NCBI GenBank assembly: GCA_050084985.1
Contig: JBITNC010000001.1
Location: 148,986,001 to 149,050,000, forward strand
Source: Nageia nagi
Taxonomy: Eukaryota > Plantae > Pinophyta
Length of the DNA: 64,000 nucleotides
Direction: 5' to 3'
Part shown: one piece after another, positions 24,136-39,170 of the stretch
Numbering within the stretch: position 1 is the first letter of the stretch
How the letters are laid out: every line of letters begins with the position of its first letter
Notes under the pieces: generated by a model
What the model was told of the DNA's origin: nothing
Databases searched by the model: none
Seen by the model: only the letters and a program-made list of their open reading frames with translations
Program-made: the position numbers and the translations under genes

Positions 24136-27100
24136 TAGAGATTTATTACATCATTGTAAAATAATAAAGTTAATATTACTTGAGTGGTTAGAACCATTTA
24201 AGTAGGTAGAGATTGTGTGAGTTTGTATCTACTTATAAGTATCTTGTGAAGTGTTTGGTAGGAGCTATGAAAACTATGTTAGTTGTGTTCAACAATATAT
24301 TTCTTTTATAAATATGTATGTATATCATAAAAAAATATATTGTATTGTGAATTTTTTATATATATCAAAGCTTGATGAGTCATTGAAATGGAGAGTTGTC
24401 TTTCCAGTTGATTATGTGGAAAAGCATTGGGAGTTTGTTTTTACAAGGTCATAATTACCTTCCATTAAAATAAAATTGTATGAAGTGTTATTGTGTTTCT
24501 TGAAGGTTTAGAAATATATCAAATATATATTTATTAGAAAGAGAAATTTGAAAGTTTTCTAATGAGTTGTCTATTAAACATTTGGATCAATATCAAGGGA
24601 GATATGCCTATTTGAAATTCAACTTAAAATTCAATTTTTTCACAATTTTTACATGGAGGAATAAACAAACTTTATCTCATATATGTAGTAAAGATGTCAA
24701 TTTTTTTTAAGTTTAGTTTTTTTTTTTTTTGAATTATTATTCAAAATCTATTTTTAAATTTAGTTTAGTATTTAAACATTATTTTATGCAAAAAAATGTT
24801 TAGAAGTTTATTTTTATAATGATAGTTTTCGCATTGAAGTGCATAGTTTATGGTACTTATTTTGCTCATGTTTTTGGAGTGCATGATTGATGTTACTTGA
24901 TACGTATAAATATAATGTAAAAGAAGAGTTAATTTTAAGAGGGGGAGGATTTATTCTTTTTCAATATTTAATGTGCACTTGATCAAGAATTGGAAGATAC
25001 CTTAGTAAGTCATAGGTTTGATATGAAATTAATAGAATGAATTTGCATTAGTGATCTAGTCTATTATACTTGGTGGTTGTAATGATTAGTTATCCATGTA
25101 ATCCAATAGGATGAGAAGATTACCATAAGGATATTCATGCTTGAAGAAGAAAATTTGAAAATTGAAAATCCAAAGATATGTAGGCAATGGAAGACATATA
25201 CCTCACTTATTGTGAATGGATGAGTTTATCCTCATTTAGAAGATGATGGATGTAATCACAATTGTAGGCAATTATGATTATATATATCCTACGGTAATTA
25301 TTGTGAACATATATGTTTTGGTTTACAACTTTTATGTTTGATGTAATTGGTGATAGGGATCTCATCCTTCTCATCGAAACACAATTGAAAACACTACCAT
25401 CGTATACAAGTTATTCTTGGTCTTTTTCCCTTTAGATCCAAGATTTGATAAGGAATCAAAGGCATTAGTGGTGTTGCTTGCTTATATCATTAGTGCTCAA
25501 ATTCAAGCATTTGTTTCAAATGCTTATATCTTCATGCCATATACATATGGATATCTCTTGATAGGAATTTAACACCTCGATGTCTTTACATTGCTATATG
25601 TTACTTCCCTCTTACTTACTCATCCCATTGTATTATAAATGATAAAGACTCACCCTACCTATATCTTTATCATGAGATTTTGAGATTTTCCCTTTTGGGT
25701 GATACCATGCTATTAAGGAACTTTGATGCACAAACATGCACATCCCAATGCAACTTACATGATATTTTTTTAGATCATCTTCAATTGTTAAAGATTGATC
25801 CTAATGACTTAGGTCTAACACGATAGTTAGATGATGCTAATAAAAACATCACACCTTATGGAATAACACATGTTCAACTTTGGTGAAATACGGGTTGATC
25901 CCTAGATATATCATATCCTTTGTCATGACATTATATGAACAAGTAGTGGGAAAATTTCGAGCTAGTCCTTAGTTATCCAATATGGTCTATAGTATTATTG
26001 ATGTAAAACGAGGTTGTCCTTCTCACCTACTCTATTTAGGCTTTATATTTATGAACTTGAACAATTGATATCAAACACCTTGGGGCCAAGTGTGAGATGT
26101 TTTCTACATGATTCAATTGTCTCAATAATTGTCTTTATAGATGATATCATTTTGCTATCTCATACAATAGTTACACTTCAACATCATGTTGACACCTTGA
26201 GTACCTTATGTGATACTTATGGTCTTGAAACTAATCTTAAAACGAAAAAGGTGTTGTCCTTCAATATGTCAAGAACATATGCTTGCAAAACCCACTTGAC
26301 TTCCCAAAGGTAACCTATTGAGGTAGTCACTTCTTAAACCTATCTAGGTATGCTCTTCATAGGTCTTAATTTTAGCTTTGATCCTAGCCTCACATAATAG
26401 ATTGAATAAACGCTACATTGCAACTTTACACTCAAGAGAAAATGTTTTCAACTCCAGTTCTAAGATGCATGAGAAAAATGAAACTCTTCCATGTTCTTGC
26501 AAGTAAAGGCATCCACTAGTGTTGGTACTCATAAGCCACCTCTCTCTTAATATCCATAGGCCTAGATATCAAGTCATCACCTCCCTCTCAACTCCCAAAT
26601 AGGACTTCTAATCCTTCCATAAGAGATATCAGCAAATGTATTAGAAATTAAATCTATTCAACTTACCTAAGAATAACATGGATTGAATTGAAAAAATTGC
26701 TCTCACCAAAGCTCTTACACTATCTTAAAATTTATATGAAACTAGAGAATGTTGCTATTGTTACCCTTGATAACATCAAACTACATATATGTCATAGTCT
26801 TTGTTACACCCTTGGCTAGATAAGGATTTACTCACACTAGCTTCATATTGAGATAGACCGCCATATCCCTAGATACCAATGTATATACAAACTATGCAAT
26901 ATGGAATTAGAGATTGAAGAGCATTTCATATTTATTTTTCCTATTTATTATGAAATTCAAAGTTAGTTTCATTACTTATTTATAAGAGCCATCACTTTGA
27001 AATCATAGATGAATTACAAAGACCAAGAATGTTTTACACTTTATATTAGAGAAGCGACTTGCCTTACATAAAAAACTGATCATTGAGAGATTTTGTAACA

Positions 27101-27940
27101 CAAGTCCCAAACTTATCACATCGTATTTTCAACCACATGAATCTATGAATTAGAAGCATCATATGAACCTTAAAATACTTTGGAAGGATTATTCATCAAC
27201 GTATTATTGCTAAACGTGTTAAGTCTACTTCATGTGGCTATAACATCAAGAGCTTCTTTCCAACCTCAAATGCTAACAAAGCCCCTTGGCTCTCTATATT
27301 CAAGCTTTCTGCCTTTCTAAAACCTATTGTAGTTTTGACACACTTTTTGTCTCCTTTTCACTCTTACACATCGAAGCTACACTAGATGCTCCTTTGCTCT
27401 ATTATGTGTATTTTCCCATAATCCCATTAACCATTTTCGATCATCTATGGATATTAATAATTAAATTTAAAAGATTTATCAAATTATTTGTGATTGGTTG
27501 TGTTTGTCCCTTGTCACAAGTGTGAATAATAGTGTGTCTCTATTCATAACTTTGATGCTTGGATAGCATGTGTCCTCATTTAATTGAATTAGGGCTAAGG
27601 GAATCATGGATGGTTAGTGCTTATATTTATGTATAAATGTCTAGTATGTTCATTAGGTAGTTATTAGTGCTTCTATTTCTATTTGGATAATTATGAAATA
27701 AGGGTAGGCATTAGAGATTTATTACATCATTGTAAAATAATAAAGTTGATATTAATCAAGTGGTTAGAATCACTTAAATAGGTAGGGATTGTGTGAGTTG
27801 TTTGAATCTATTCATAGGTATCTTGTGAAATGTTAGTTTGGATTTAGAAGACAATTGTGTTGGTTGTGTTCAACAAATTATTTCTTGTATAAAGATGCAT
27901 GTATACCATAATGAATATATTGCATTGTGAATTTCTTACA
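24136..27940 (+). mobile_element. Degenerate LTR element: partial 5' LTR 24136-24360, 3' LTR ~27490-27940
   Basis: Direct repeat of ~225 bp (24136-24360 vs 27712-27940) ending TTATA/TTACA. The first copy is followed by TATATCAAAGC, a decayed tRNA-Met PBS. No recognisable gag/pol inside; interrupted by a LINE. Confidence 0.62.
25880..27460 (+). mobile_element. 5'-truncated RTE/RTE-X-like LINE, same family as 5667-8062
   Basis: SFSPTLFRLYIYEL, SIIVFIDDIILLSH, SH*LHIEIDRH...KLC...EEHF...YYEI. The 3' end CCCATTAACCATTTTCGATCATCTATGGATATTAATA matches the 3' end of the other copy. Confidence 0.85.
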
Positions 27941-28140
27941 AGGGGAGTTGGGGAAGTAATAGGAATGATCCATGAGAGGCCTAAGTTCAAATCTCCTTAC
28001 CTCTAGGTGGTGGAATAAGTAAAAATATTGTAGAAAGTTAAGTGTTGTTGGAACTAGGTGTAAGTCCTATGCAACTTTGAGAAAATAGATGCCCCTTTAT
28101 TATGACAACTAAGTCAAAGGTGAACCTCATAAGGGGCTTT
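27941..28140 (+). mobile_element. possible tRNA-derived SINE remnant
   Basis: GGGGAGTTGG start and a B-box-like AGTTCAAATCT at ~27984-27994. Confidence 0.3.
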
Positions 28141-28599
28141 TTCACTGTATCATTTTTTTATATTAAATCTTTATTATTGAATATTTTTATTATATTTAGT
28201 TATTAAATCTTTTTATTTTATTAAACATAATAAATATGCTTGTTCTAATATCATTTAAATTCATAAAATTGTTGAACAAAAAGCTTTAATAAATCATCTA
28301 AAATCCAAAAATACTTGATACATGCTTTTCCAAACATTAGATTTGACTTATTTAATCATGGTTTCTCTATTCAAATATGATTAAATAAGTTTACAAAGTT
28401 ATGATAGAAAAGAATAGAACTTTTCATACAACATAATCAAAATACTCAAAAATAATTTGAATGCATAAAGCAATCAAAATAGTCAAAATTCAATAAGATT
28501 CATAAATAATAAAATTGAGGATATTATTGGGTCAAACTAGGGTTGAAATAAAATATATGAAACTATGGGGTGATGATCCACATTATTTTTATAAAAATC

Positions 28600-29200
28600 T
28601 CAACCAAAATCCTTTCTTTGGATATTCAAAAAATTTCTCTTCTTCAATATCATGAATCTCCTACATTTAAAATGTTTGGTGGTGAAGGATTTCCAAGGAA
28701 ACATCTATTTTTTTCCAAGAAGAATACATTGTGAATTTGACAATGATGAAAAACTAATCACTAGATTCTTCCTTATGAATTTAAAAAGATGAAGCATTTG
28801 ATAAACCTACTATTGCCTCATAACTCTAGAAATTATTTATGGCTATGAAGAATAGGATGGAGACATCTCACAAGAAATATAAAATAAAATTGAACAAATT
28901 AAAAAATATTTCATTGTTTATTACTTCAAAATTTAAAATAACACACCATACCTTATCATTTTTATGGAAGTTGGTCTCTTTATTGAAAGTGAAGCTCTAA
29001 GATGATACATATTATACAATTATAAACTACTAAAGTTAAATCACCGTATGCTCCTTGTAATTTTCTAACAAACATGCCAAACCCATCAATGTCTTAAAAG
29101 AGATTGACTAAAAGATTTTGACAAGTGGCTTGAGTTTTAGGGTACACGCAATAATATAACCCCTTAAGATAATGGCAACTTAAATTACAAATAAAGTAAT
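28600..29200 (+). mobile_element. highly degraded Ty3 gag/integrase fragments
   Basis: FGGEGFPRKHL, NDEKLITRFFLMNLK (gag-like) and YNP*DNG (integrase-like). Confidence 0.4.
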
Positions 29201-31269
29201 TAATTTATTTTGGAGTGATAATAATATAAAAAATAAATTAAAACTAGCCGATTATAAAAATATCATCAACCCAAAACTTAAATATCCATATTACCCATAT
29301 AACATTATTAGTCTAGAAAAAAATCTTATGATTGCAAAATTAAGAACTAAATCACATGAATTGCATAGTGAAATAAGTAGATGGACAATACCTAAAACAA
29401 CATGGGATAAAATAATTTGTAATTTTTATACCTAAATGCCATAGAAGATGAGACTCATTTTCTCCTTATGTACCTATTTTACATCAATAATTCATTTATC
29501 AATCAATACAAATATAACATCAAAAAATCATTTACATTTGCATATCTCTATGCAATTTACAAGTGACCTAGTGAGAAAATTAAAAATAGATATTCTTATA
29601 TTTAAGAAACTATGGAAAAGCATATGCTTTCCAATAAAATAATTAGATATCAATGGGATCCTTTATCAATTATTTGATAAAAAATTTTAAGCCCATATGT
29701 ATGTGATAATATCAATTCACCTTTTCATAGTGTAACTTAGATAATACTCACCAAAGAAAAGTTCTTACTTGAGGTAGGAATACTCAAATATGTAAACCTT
29801 AATGGTGGTTGCAATGTTAAAAGCCCTACCCTATAAATAGTAGTAGTAGTAGCAGTAGCGGTAGCAATAGTATTAGTAGTAGTAGTAACAACATGGTGAA
29901 TATAGTTAAAGGTAGTGATTAACCAATTTAACTAACAACTTTTCAAACTCAAAGAATAGATAAATAATTTTTTCCTTTATCATCATGAATAATCCTTAAT
30001 GTATTGTAAAAATAGTTAATCAAATTACCTCCAAAAAGGTCTCAAAATAATAATACAACAAAAATAATTTGGTATTAGAGAAAATTATATTGTGGTTACT
30101 AATAGAATAAAGGTCATACGATAAACTAATGCCATAAACTCAAGCATAAAATTTAACAAGTGATCAGTAAAGGAATTTATATTTAACTAATTGTGATAAC
30201 CAATAATCAAGTTGAAAATCAAAGTGAAACTCCTGATAACACTAAAGAATTCATGAAATGCAATTTCAATGGTTTGTGTGGTGACATTTTTTTATCACAA
30301 GTTAGTTATACACACATGCTTTCTCATGATTCAATAAGCATACCAACATTCTAGAACCTACAAATTATAACAAATATATTTTAGCACTTTACACCACTAG
30401 AACATCAAACCCAAAATAACAATGAAAGAATGCAAATATTTTATGACTTCTATCCTAGAACATTAGAATTAGAGCTAGAATGCCCAAATTGGATCATAAA
30501 TATTAATTTCAGAAAGGTTTTGTTAAAAGTACAATCTTAGAAGGGGTACAAAGTAGTATTTCACATAACAAAAGGATTTCATAGAAAAAATATGATGGTG
30601 ATAAAATTTCTTAAGAAGTTAGATCAATAGACATTTGTAGATAAGGACCACCATGATGATAACCATAATACATTCCAAATCTTATCAAACTTAATGATCT
30701 ATACAACTAAACTTTCTTACTTGTTCAATGATGGAAGGAAACAAAATATCCTAGCTTTCTTGATTTTATCAAAATTAGAATACACGACCTTTAGGATGAA
30801 ACTTGTAATGCTACTAATAATTATATTCAATAGAAATTTTATTTAAGCATGGGTTGTACCATTATGAGAACACTCTTGCAAGATATGAGAAATCATAATG
30901 ATTATACAAGGGTAGGAATTATGTTAATCTCTTACAACAATGCAATTCCTATGCTATACAAACCATCTACGATGAAAGGAAAATATCATCCAATATTGTT
31001 TCATATAAGATATATTTTCTTCAACTTTCCCTTATCTTTGCATTGTCTATTTACATAACTTCCACTTGTATTTTTCATTTTTTTTGGTATTAATCATGGA
31101 GGTTTTAAGGGCCTCAAACTTTTATAAAATAGGCTAGTTGTATGATAAACATTTTAACTGTCAACATTTTTGGGACCTTCTATTATAAAAAGGAATATTC
31201 TAGAGGAGTATTCTATACTATCCATTAAAAAAATGCTTAGAAAACTATATCAAAACTATAATGGAGATT

Positions 31270-32443
31270 TTTATTCTTTACCATCATCCAAAGGCCCTTC
31301 CTTAGCCTCTTGGGGCTCCACATTCTTTAGTAATTTAGTAGAGGTTTTCATGTATTGCATTTCTTTAGTGGATAGAAGATTAATACATGCAATTATGTTT
31401 ATCAAAGTGCAAGATAAACCTTTCATTAACTTAAAGTTGACCCTTGCCTTATCTAGCAAAACTATCCTTTTTTCTACCTCCTATTTTTCTTGAATCTCTA
31501 TCGCATGATGGGTTATGTTATTTATTTCTTTGGTGTTGGGTCCTTCATAGTGTCTTTAGAATTATCAATAATATTTCTTTTCCTAGAGTCCTTGATTCTC
31601 TTTGATTGCATGTTGACCTTCACTGGACTAATAACAACTTCCTATTTTCACAACTTTCATTTTCCTTATCTATGTTAAGCTAGAGGTACCTCTTCCTCTT
31701 TGGAAGTTAAGATTTCTTTGCATTCCAATGAAATATTTTCTCCTTTTTTGTCTTCACTTGTTTCTTTATTTGTAACCCTCGAAAATAATTGAGCCTTTTT
31801 AATGGGAAAACTACTTTCATGAGGTGTATTCTCCACTCTCTTGAAACATTATTTTTTCCCATGTGTAACACTATTAGCTTTAGCAGTCATTATTGAAGAG
31901 GAAGTTTTAGCTTAGCCATTTTAACCAACTTAATGGACTTTTTCCACAAAATAAATAGGAATACTGAAATGTTCATCAAAACTTGATAGTTAATGGAATT
32001 AAGGATAACTAAATGATATCCAAAAATTATTTTATACATATCTTCTAGCGTAAAGTATCACATTACCAACATGGCAATTTTATCCCATGGTTTGGGTAAG
32101 GTTATATGAGAAAATATTCATTGAATCCAACAAAATATCTCATCACTTAATTTTGTTTTAGCTAGTTGCTCCACTCAATTTTTTTTTCTCTAGAAGAATC
32201 ACATTGCCTACATTTGATAGTCTTGAAATCTTCATTATTAACTTTGCAAAGATTGTAAAAAATCATATCATTCACCTCTACATACCCATTCTTCCATAAT
32301 TTGGCTACTTGTTGAGAGATTCCTTCATAATTGTCCATAAAATTTTTAAATAAATCTAGAATTCTAAACTTCTCCTTGAGCGGAATGAACTCTAAATCAG
32401 CCCTATACACTAGTGGCTTCATTTGTAGTAAATCTCCTCCCAT
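31270..32443 (-). pseudogene. decayed retroelement accessory-ORF-like sequence
   Basis: Fragments MGGDLLQMKP...LDLFKNFMDNYEGISQQVAKLWKNGYV and a downstream coiled-coil-like piece. Resembles TE-associated ORFs; not assignable to a family. Confidence 0.3.
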
Positions 32444-33680
32444 TATGATAGCTCATCTCTTCGTCCCCTTTGTAATGAAACTTCATTTGGACTTACACGA
32501 AGGGTATCAAGCTTTTAGTAACAAAATCATTTTGTTGAGAAAAAACTCAAAAGGGTTAATTGATTTTCTCCACCTAAAAGGAACCAATTTTCCTTGCAAC
32601 ACTCTTGAAGTCATGTCATCCCTCCATCACCCATACAAAACACTAATTCCCATCTATGCGTGACATCTCAAAATCATACCTTGTAAATGCCAAATCATCT
32701 ACTTCACTTACAAATTAGTATCATTATTTCTAATGCATAACTTCACATGGTCTATCATACGCGAAACCCCAAATAGAACATCGCTTGACATGCTCACACA
32801 TCTATGACAATTAGAGCACTTACGAGTCATCCTTGCATTTTCATAGTTACAATAGTTGCATATTTTTATTTATTAAACTTAGCTTGACTACATTATTAGC
32901 CTCTTGTTTCATGTTGTAAATATACAAAGCCACTTTAAAATAATCATAAAAAATTGAGTCTTGCAAGCTACACTTCAATCTTCATGAAGGCTTAATGATG
33001 CCTTTTGAATTATTCAAATCCTATAACCATCTAGACCAAGTATAATTAGCATAAGTTGTTTGAGGGCAAGCCCATATCATCTTTCATTGGGATCAAGGTT
33101 TGTAAAAATAATTTTTGAAAAAAAAAAAAAGAAGACAAAATTAAATATCATACATAAATGATAGTTATACTTGAACATAGAAATAATATACATATACGTG
33201 GTTTAACTTGATACTTGTAGTTTTGCAAATGAATAATGTGTAGATCCAAATATATAATGTTTATAGCTATTATATTGATATGATTTTGTCTCTTGAATAA
33301 CTTGCATGAAAAATGGCTATGCATAACATAATTTTATCCTTCGATCCAACTTGCTAAAAGGAAGGGTGCAAACCTAATTTTATAAATTTCAAGGTGCCTT
33401 TTGAGGATCAAAGTACATGTCTAGTTAGGTGTCCAAATGAGGTAGAGAAGACTAAAAATGATAGGAAGATGACTAAGCATGCAAAATACGAAAATTAGAA
33501 TGCAAATTATCATAAGATGAGTTGGAATAATGGTAAAATTACTAAGCATGAATTATTTTTAATATTTTTTAATGATTTATTTTAATTTTTATTATTTCAA
33601 TCTAATAATCCAAAATTGGATATTAAAGATTTTTAGTAATGTCAATTTAATTGTTTTTAATCTCATAGGATTCATTAGGA

Positions 33681-33890
33681 TTAATTAATGATAATTAACA
33701 TGTATTTGGATGAATTAATGATAATTAACATAAATTAGAAATAATTAATAATAATTAGCATAAATTAGAAGGAATTAATAGTAATTAGCATGCATCAAAA
33801 TAAATTAATGATAATTAACACAAATAGGAATGAATTAATGATAATAAGCATGATTTATGATTAATTAATAATAATTAACATGAATTAGAA
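33681..33890. repeat. 30-bp minisatellite, 7 copies, next to an LTR terminus at 33930
   Basis: Units such as TGAATTAATGATAATTAACATAAATTAGAA in exact 30-bp register. The following ...GAGTGTTTACA (33930) reads TGTAAACAC on the minus strand, like the LTR start at 44495. Confidence 0.85.
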
Positions 33891-34649
33891 GACTTAAAAG
33901 AACTATGGGTGTCAAATTTGAGTGTTTACATTTTATCGCTTTTTTAATTACATTTGTTCAAGGAACCAAATGTAGTTCAAAAATCAACTAAGACACTTAA
34001 CTTATGACGATCGAGGATAAGACTTATACTATATGAGGGAAAAATTTAAATAATCCAATTAAGAATGGAAGAATTTCTTCAAACCTTGCATTCAATTTGC
34101 ATTAAGCACTAACAATTTGCTTAGAAACTTATAACCTATCAAGTGATGTGTGCTTAATTTACCAAAGTAAGACTTGATGTCTTCAAAGTAGATTGATTGA
34201 TGGATGATTTTTGCTTGTAACCTAATAGAAGAGCATTAATGATTATTGGAAATTACTTTTCCCTGAATTGGGTATGTGAAGATTATCTTGTATAAGACAA
34301 ACCAATGAGTGAGGAATTCCCCTCCTTAAATGACAAGTTGATGATGGAAATTATTGACAATATGAAAGAAGATCAATTATATGTGTAAAATGATATATTT
34401 TATGCAATATCAATATTTTAATGATCCAATATGGATAAATTGTTGGTGATTTCAAGATATTCAAAATGGTAGAGAGAACGAACTTGGGAGCAGAAGCATA
34501 AGAAATAGGTAGTTCACAAGATAGATGTAAGATATTGGACCTAGACATGTGTATAAGATTCCTTTAGGATAAAGAAAAGATTTGTTAATCTATAACCTTG
34601 GGCTTATGTGGATGCGGTTTAATAGAGAGCTAAATGGGTAAAAGTAAAT

Positions 34650-37600
34650 ACATCAACAACCTCTTGAAGGTAAGCTCTAAATCCCTAATAATGTAGTAGA
34701 ATCTTCAATGGAACATATTGCTAATGATTTGGTTGGAAATTTTTTTGCCAAGGCTTGACTTGGAATCTCTTAGGAAATGGGCCATTATAAAATGGAAATT
34801 GATGGGAGTCTTAGATTTTTTTTCTTACTAAAGGTTTCTTTATAGTTAAGCTAGACAAGAGGAAGAAACACAAAAATTACTCTCAAATAGAATTTGGTTA
34901 TATGGGCATCAAAGCTTTTTCTTACATAAATAGGGCTTGTATTTTGATCCTAACAAGCAAAACATCAACACAATGCCACTAGAACTACCTACATAGTTCT
35001 AGAATAAATATATCTAGACATGTATTGCTAGGGTGGTGGGAGAATATTTAATCCTTAGTAGTGTAACCAAATAGAATTCCATATTGATTTATACTCATGT
35101 AGGTTTCCTTATTGATCTAGAGGTGGAGCTCCTTCCTTCCATTAAGCTTGTTTATGATTATGGGAATTAGACATAAATAATCAAATGTGAAAATAAACCA
35201 AGCATTTTATCTTTTTGTAAAGTAGTTAGCCATGGAATAAGGAAATGCCAAAAAACTAGGAACAAAAAATAAAGAGGAAAAGTACCAAATCAAGTGTGGT
35301 AAGCTAAATCTAGAATGAAGGAAGGCCCTTCTAATAAGAACCATAAGAATATTAGAGAAAATGGTGCAAATACCCTATATGCCTATGATGAACATAAATT
35401 CCCCTTACAATATAGAGGTAGAGGAAGGAGAGAAATAATCCACCAATAACTCCAAGATTCCTTTGTTACATGAGCTACAACCACTAATAGAAGATCAACC
35501 TATCCTACTTCAAAATTCATTTTGATAGCTTGATACCTAAGGAAACTCCAAACATTAAGGAGAATGTTCTTGAAAATCATGGGATGGAATTTTTACTAGA
35601 GAAACCAAAGACAGAAGAGATTATGGAGTCACACAAGGATACATATCTCGTTATCAAAGAACCAACATCACTTAGGAGTTGGAAACTCCTTGAACCACCA
35701 ACTTTGTTATAACTCCAAGATAAAAATTAGAAGATTGTTGACAGTGATGTAGGTATTAAATGGAAACCTTATTGATGCCTTAACCAAGAAGGATAAAAAT
35801 GTGACACTAAGTAGGGAATAGATAATGGTATTTAAAAAACTATAGATATAGGAACAACTCTAAAATCAACTTTACCCACCATGGGATTACCATAGAACCA
35901 AAATATTAGCAAGGATAGAAAGAGCCCATCTAATATTTTATTATGAATATGCTCTCTTAGAATACATGTTTCCTTAATTGTAAAGTTAATAAAAGAGATT
36001 TGGATTTAATGAGAAAATAGATTAAACATCACAATATTCTATTACAAGAAACTAAGCTCTTTGATAACTATGTGATCCAAACACAAAGAGTAGTATGGAG
36101 AAATTCTCACTTTGTTATTAGTGAGTCCCAACGAGCCTCTAAAGGATCGCTCTATATATAGGGTTTAACATTTTGGAGGGAAGAATTATTTTAGTATCAA
36201 AAATTTTATTCAATATACTCTTATTTTATAAATATTTTAATTTAGGAATGGTGTGCACAAATAGCTATGATCCAAATACTTGTGTTGGGAGAAATTCACT
36301 TTGGAAAAATCTATCATAATTAAGATAAGCTTTTAAAGAAGAAATTTGGATGATAGATGGAGACTTCAATGCACCCTTGTATCATTTAGATAAAAGTGGG
36401 GGAAAGCCTAGCCTTTAAGGGGAATTGGAGGGCTTATTAATGAACTAATGGATATTGATTTGAAAGGTTTTAATTTTACCTAGTGTAATAGGAGATCATG
36501 TAAGAAGTTCATTCAATTTTACTTGAATTATTTTCTTATTTCTAAGGAGGGATTTTATCAATTTAAGGATTCTTCTCTTGAATCCCTCCCTAATGTGGGT
36601 TCTAACCACAATCACCTTTTCATGGAAGCCTTTGACAATAAGTTCTATGTAAGGATCCCTTTAAGATTCGAATCCATATGGATTGACCAAGCAAAACTAA
36701 AGTCAAAACTAAAAATTTGGTATAATTATGAATTAAAAAGCCCAAAAATAATCTAGGTATCTGACAAACTTCATCTAGTCAAGGGCAATCTTAAGAGATG
36801 GAATAAATAAGTTTTTGATAATGTGTTTAAAAGAAAAAAACTTTGAAGAATAAGATTTGAAAAATTGAAGGAAGAAGAGAAGAGATTCACTTTAATGAAG
36901 GGGCTAATGTGGAAAAAAAAAATATTTTGAGTGAATATCATATTCCATTAATGACTAAAGAGACCCTATGGAGGAAAAATTCCAAAACCCTAAAATTGAG
37001 ACTAGAGAACCAAAATACAATTTTATTTCATATTACTACCCTTTGATGCATAAATCATAACAAGATTTACAAAATTATCAAGTTGGATAGTTTTGAGTAC
37101 CAAGACATTTGGGAAATCAAAGTTGAAGCTATCATATTTTTTTGAGAATTTGATTGTAGCAGAGGATATTAAAGATGAGGAAGCTATGATCTCTCTTCTT
37201 GCAAATATCCCCAACTTAATCATAAATAATATGAATAAATTACTTTTAGATACGTTTAAGGAAAAATAAAAAAGGGAAACCACCTTATGTATGGTAGGAG
37301 ATAAATCCTCAAGCCTAAAAGGTTTTCTAGCTGGCTTCTTCTAAATATTTTGGCCCATAGTTGATCTAGATATTGTAGTAGAAATTGAAGAAATCTAGTA
37401 AATGTACCTTATTCCAAATGATGTGAAATCTAGTTTATTTACCTTAAAAATAAGAATCCTAGGGTCCAAGAGTTCAAACCCTTTCATACTATCAACCTAT
37501 GCAATACTACTTATATAATCCTTCTAAGTTGATAGTGAATAGACTTAAAGTATTCCTAAAATTTATTATTATTCCTACTAAGGAGAAGTTTTTTGCATGT

Positions 37601-37790
37601 AGGAATATTATATACATTATCATTATTATTCATGAGACTATCCATTCATTGGTTCAGAGTAAGAGGTAAAACCTCTTCCTAAAGATGGACATGAATAATT
37701 CTTACAATTGTATTTCTTGGGACTTCTTGATTTTGAAAATTCTTGAGAAATATGATTTTCATCACTCGTGGAGAAACCTTATCTGGGCAA
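34650..37790 (+). mobile_element. L1-clade LINE remnant (ORF1, endonuclease, N-terminal RT)
   Basis: ORF1 zinc knuckle FCKVVSHGIRKC (~35213-35248). EN motifs ILLQETK, WMIDGDFN, SNH (SDH), LRFESIW. RT motifs DKSSSLKGFLAGF (KAPGPDGF) and KMDMNNSY (KLDMxKAYD). Many stops. Confidence 0.8.
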
Positions 37791-38861
37791 AACAATGGGT
37801 GGATTTAAAGATTGAAATTTATTTTTGTAAATTTAAACTGAGCACAAACCCTATATTCTATCAATTTTTAAAATGAAACTTTCTCAAAATTTCTCTAAAC
37901 ATTTGTGTCAATTTTTGAAACCTTGTGATACCCTATTTTGAGCTAATTTTTTTGGTATATTAGGTTATGTATCATGATCAAAATTTCTACTTTGTACATT
38001 AGGTTATAATGTTGTATGATATGCTAGTTTTATGAAACCCTTCATTTTTAGGAACCCTCTATTTGATCAATAGAAATAGCAATTTCTAAAATAGGTAAAA
38101 ACTTTAGAGGTTGATATGTCTATCAAGAATTAACAAAAACTGAGAGTACTTGTTAGTTAGATTTGGTAATTTTTAGGAAAAAATATTCAAAACTTCAAAA
38201 ATAATTATTTTGAGACCTTTCCCATTATGATTATTTTTCAAGCTGATTATTTTATAACACCCATACACTCTTTTAATTTCCAAAAATAATAGTTTCTAAA
38301 AATAATAAGTTAGGGTGTAACATATTTTGATAATTTTTCTGATTGCCAATTGAAGGTCTTAAGACTTGGAAATTTTTTCCAATGAGGTTAAATATATTAG
38401 TGATATTTTGAGTCAAGTCAACCTCAAAAATGTCTTTGATAATGTGGAGATAAAAATAGTTGGATTGGATGCCAAATATAACACTTCTAACATGAACCTA
38501 GAATTAGTTCAACAAGCAAGGTTGATAAATATAGGAACACCATCTCCAAATCTATTAGGTTCAAGTTTTGATCCATTTGTAGGATAACCACACAAGATGC
38601 ATCATTTTATCACTAAATAATTCCAATAATCAAATTTGGATAACAATTTTTAGTAGTTAAATGTGCAAAATATAATCTTATTCCACCCAAAACTTATTTG
38701 TATTTTTATCCATGGAAATTACAAAATTTGCATCAACTTATAAAGAAATTACTACATAGAACTTGGGCCCAGATGGATGGTACAAACATAGACATAAGAT
38801 AATAGAATGAATCCAAATAAAATGACTACACAAAATGACAATGGTAATAGCAAAGGATAAG

Positions 38862-39170
38862 AAAAATGTGTACCCTTTTATCAACTTCAATCTAACTACA
38901 TCTAAGTGTCTTCTTGATTCCTCCATATTTTATCAATATTCTTACTCTTTGAATATCATACCAACAACCCACTTCAACATAAATGTTTGAAAGATGAACA
39001 TAAAATGGAACATATGTAGGCTCCAACATGAAAAGCATTGTTGCCACAAATTCCTCTATTCCTACATTCTTATGTGATCTACAAGCACCAAACAAACACA
39101 TCCACATATCTAATTTACATTTTATGGATATATTGATAATGAAAATCAAATATTTGTTAAGATATCTCGC
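38862..39170 (-). pseudogene. PLS-class PPR E/E+ domain fragment
   Basis: ARYL...IINISIK...WMCLFGACRSHKNVGIEEFVATMLFMLEP..VPFYVHLSNIYVEVGCWYDIQRVR.LIK.GGIKKTLRCS*IEVDKRVHIF matches the E-domain consensus WxxLLGACRxH...YVLLSNIYA..GRW...M..RGIKK.PGCSWIE. Confidence 0.9.

Noticed and set aside
33681-33890. CRISPR-like array
   Set aside because: Variable parts are only ~10 nt and related to each other; no cas genes; eukaryotic context.
37790-38330. MITE-like segment that truncates the L1
   Set aside because: Could not define TIRs or a TSD.
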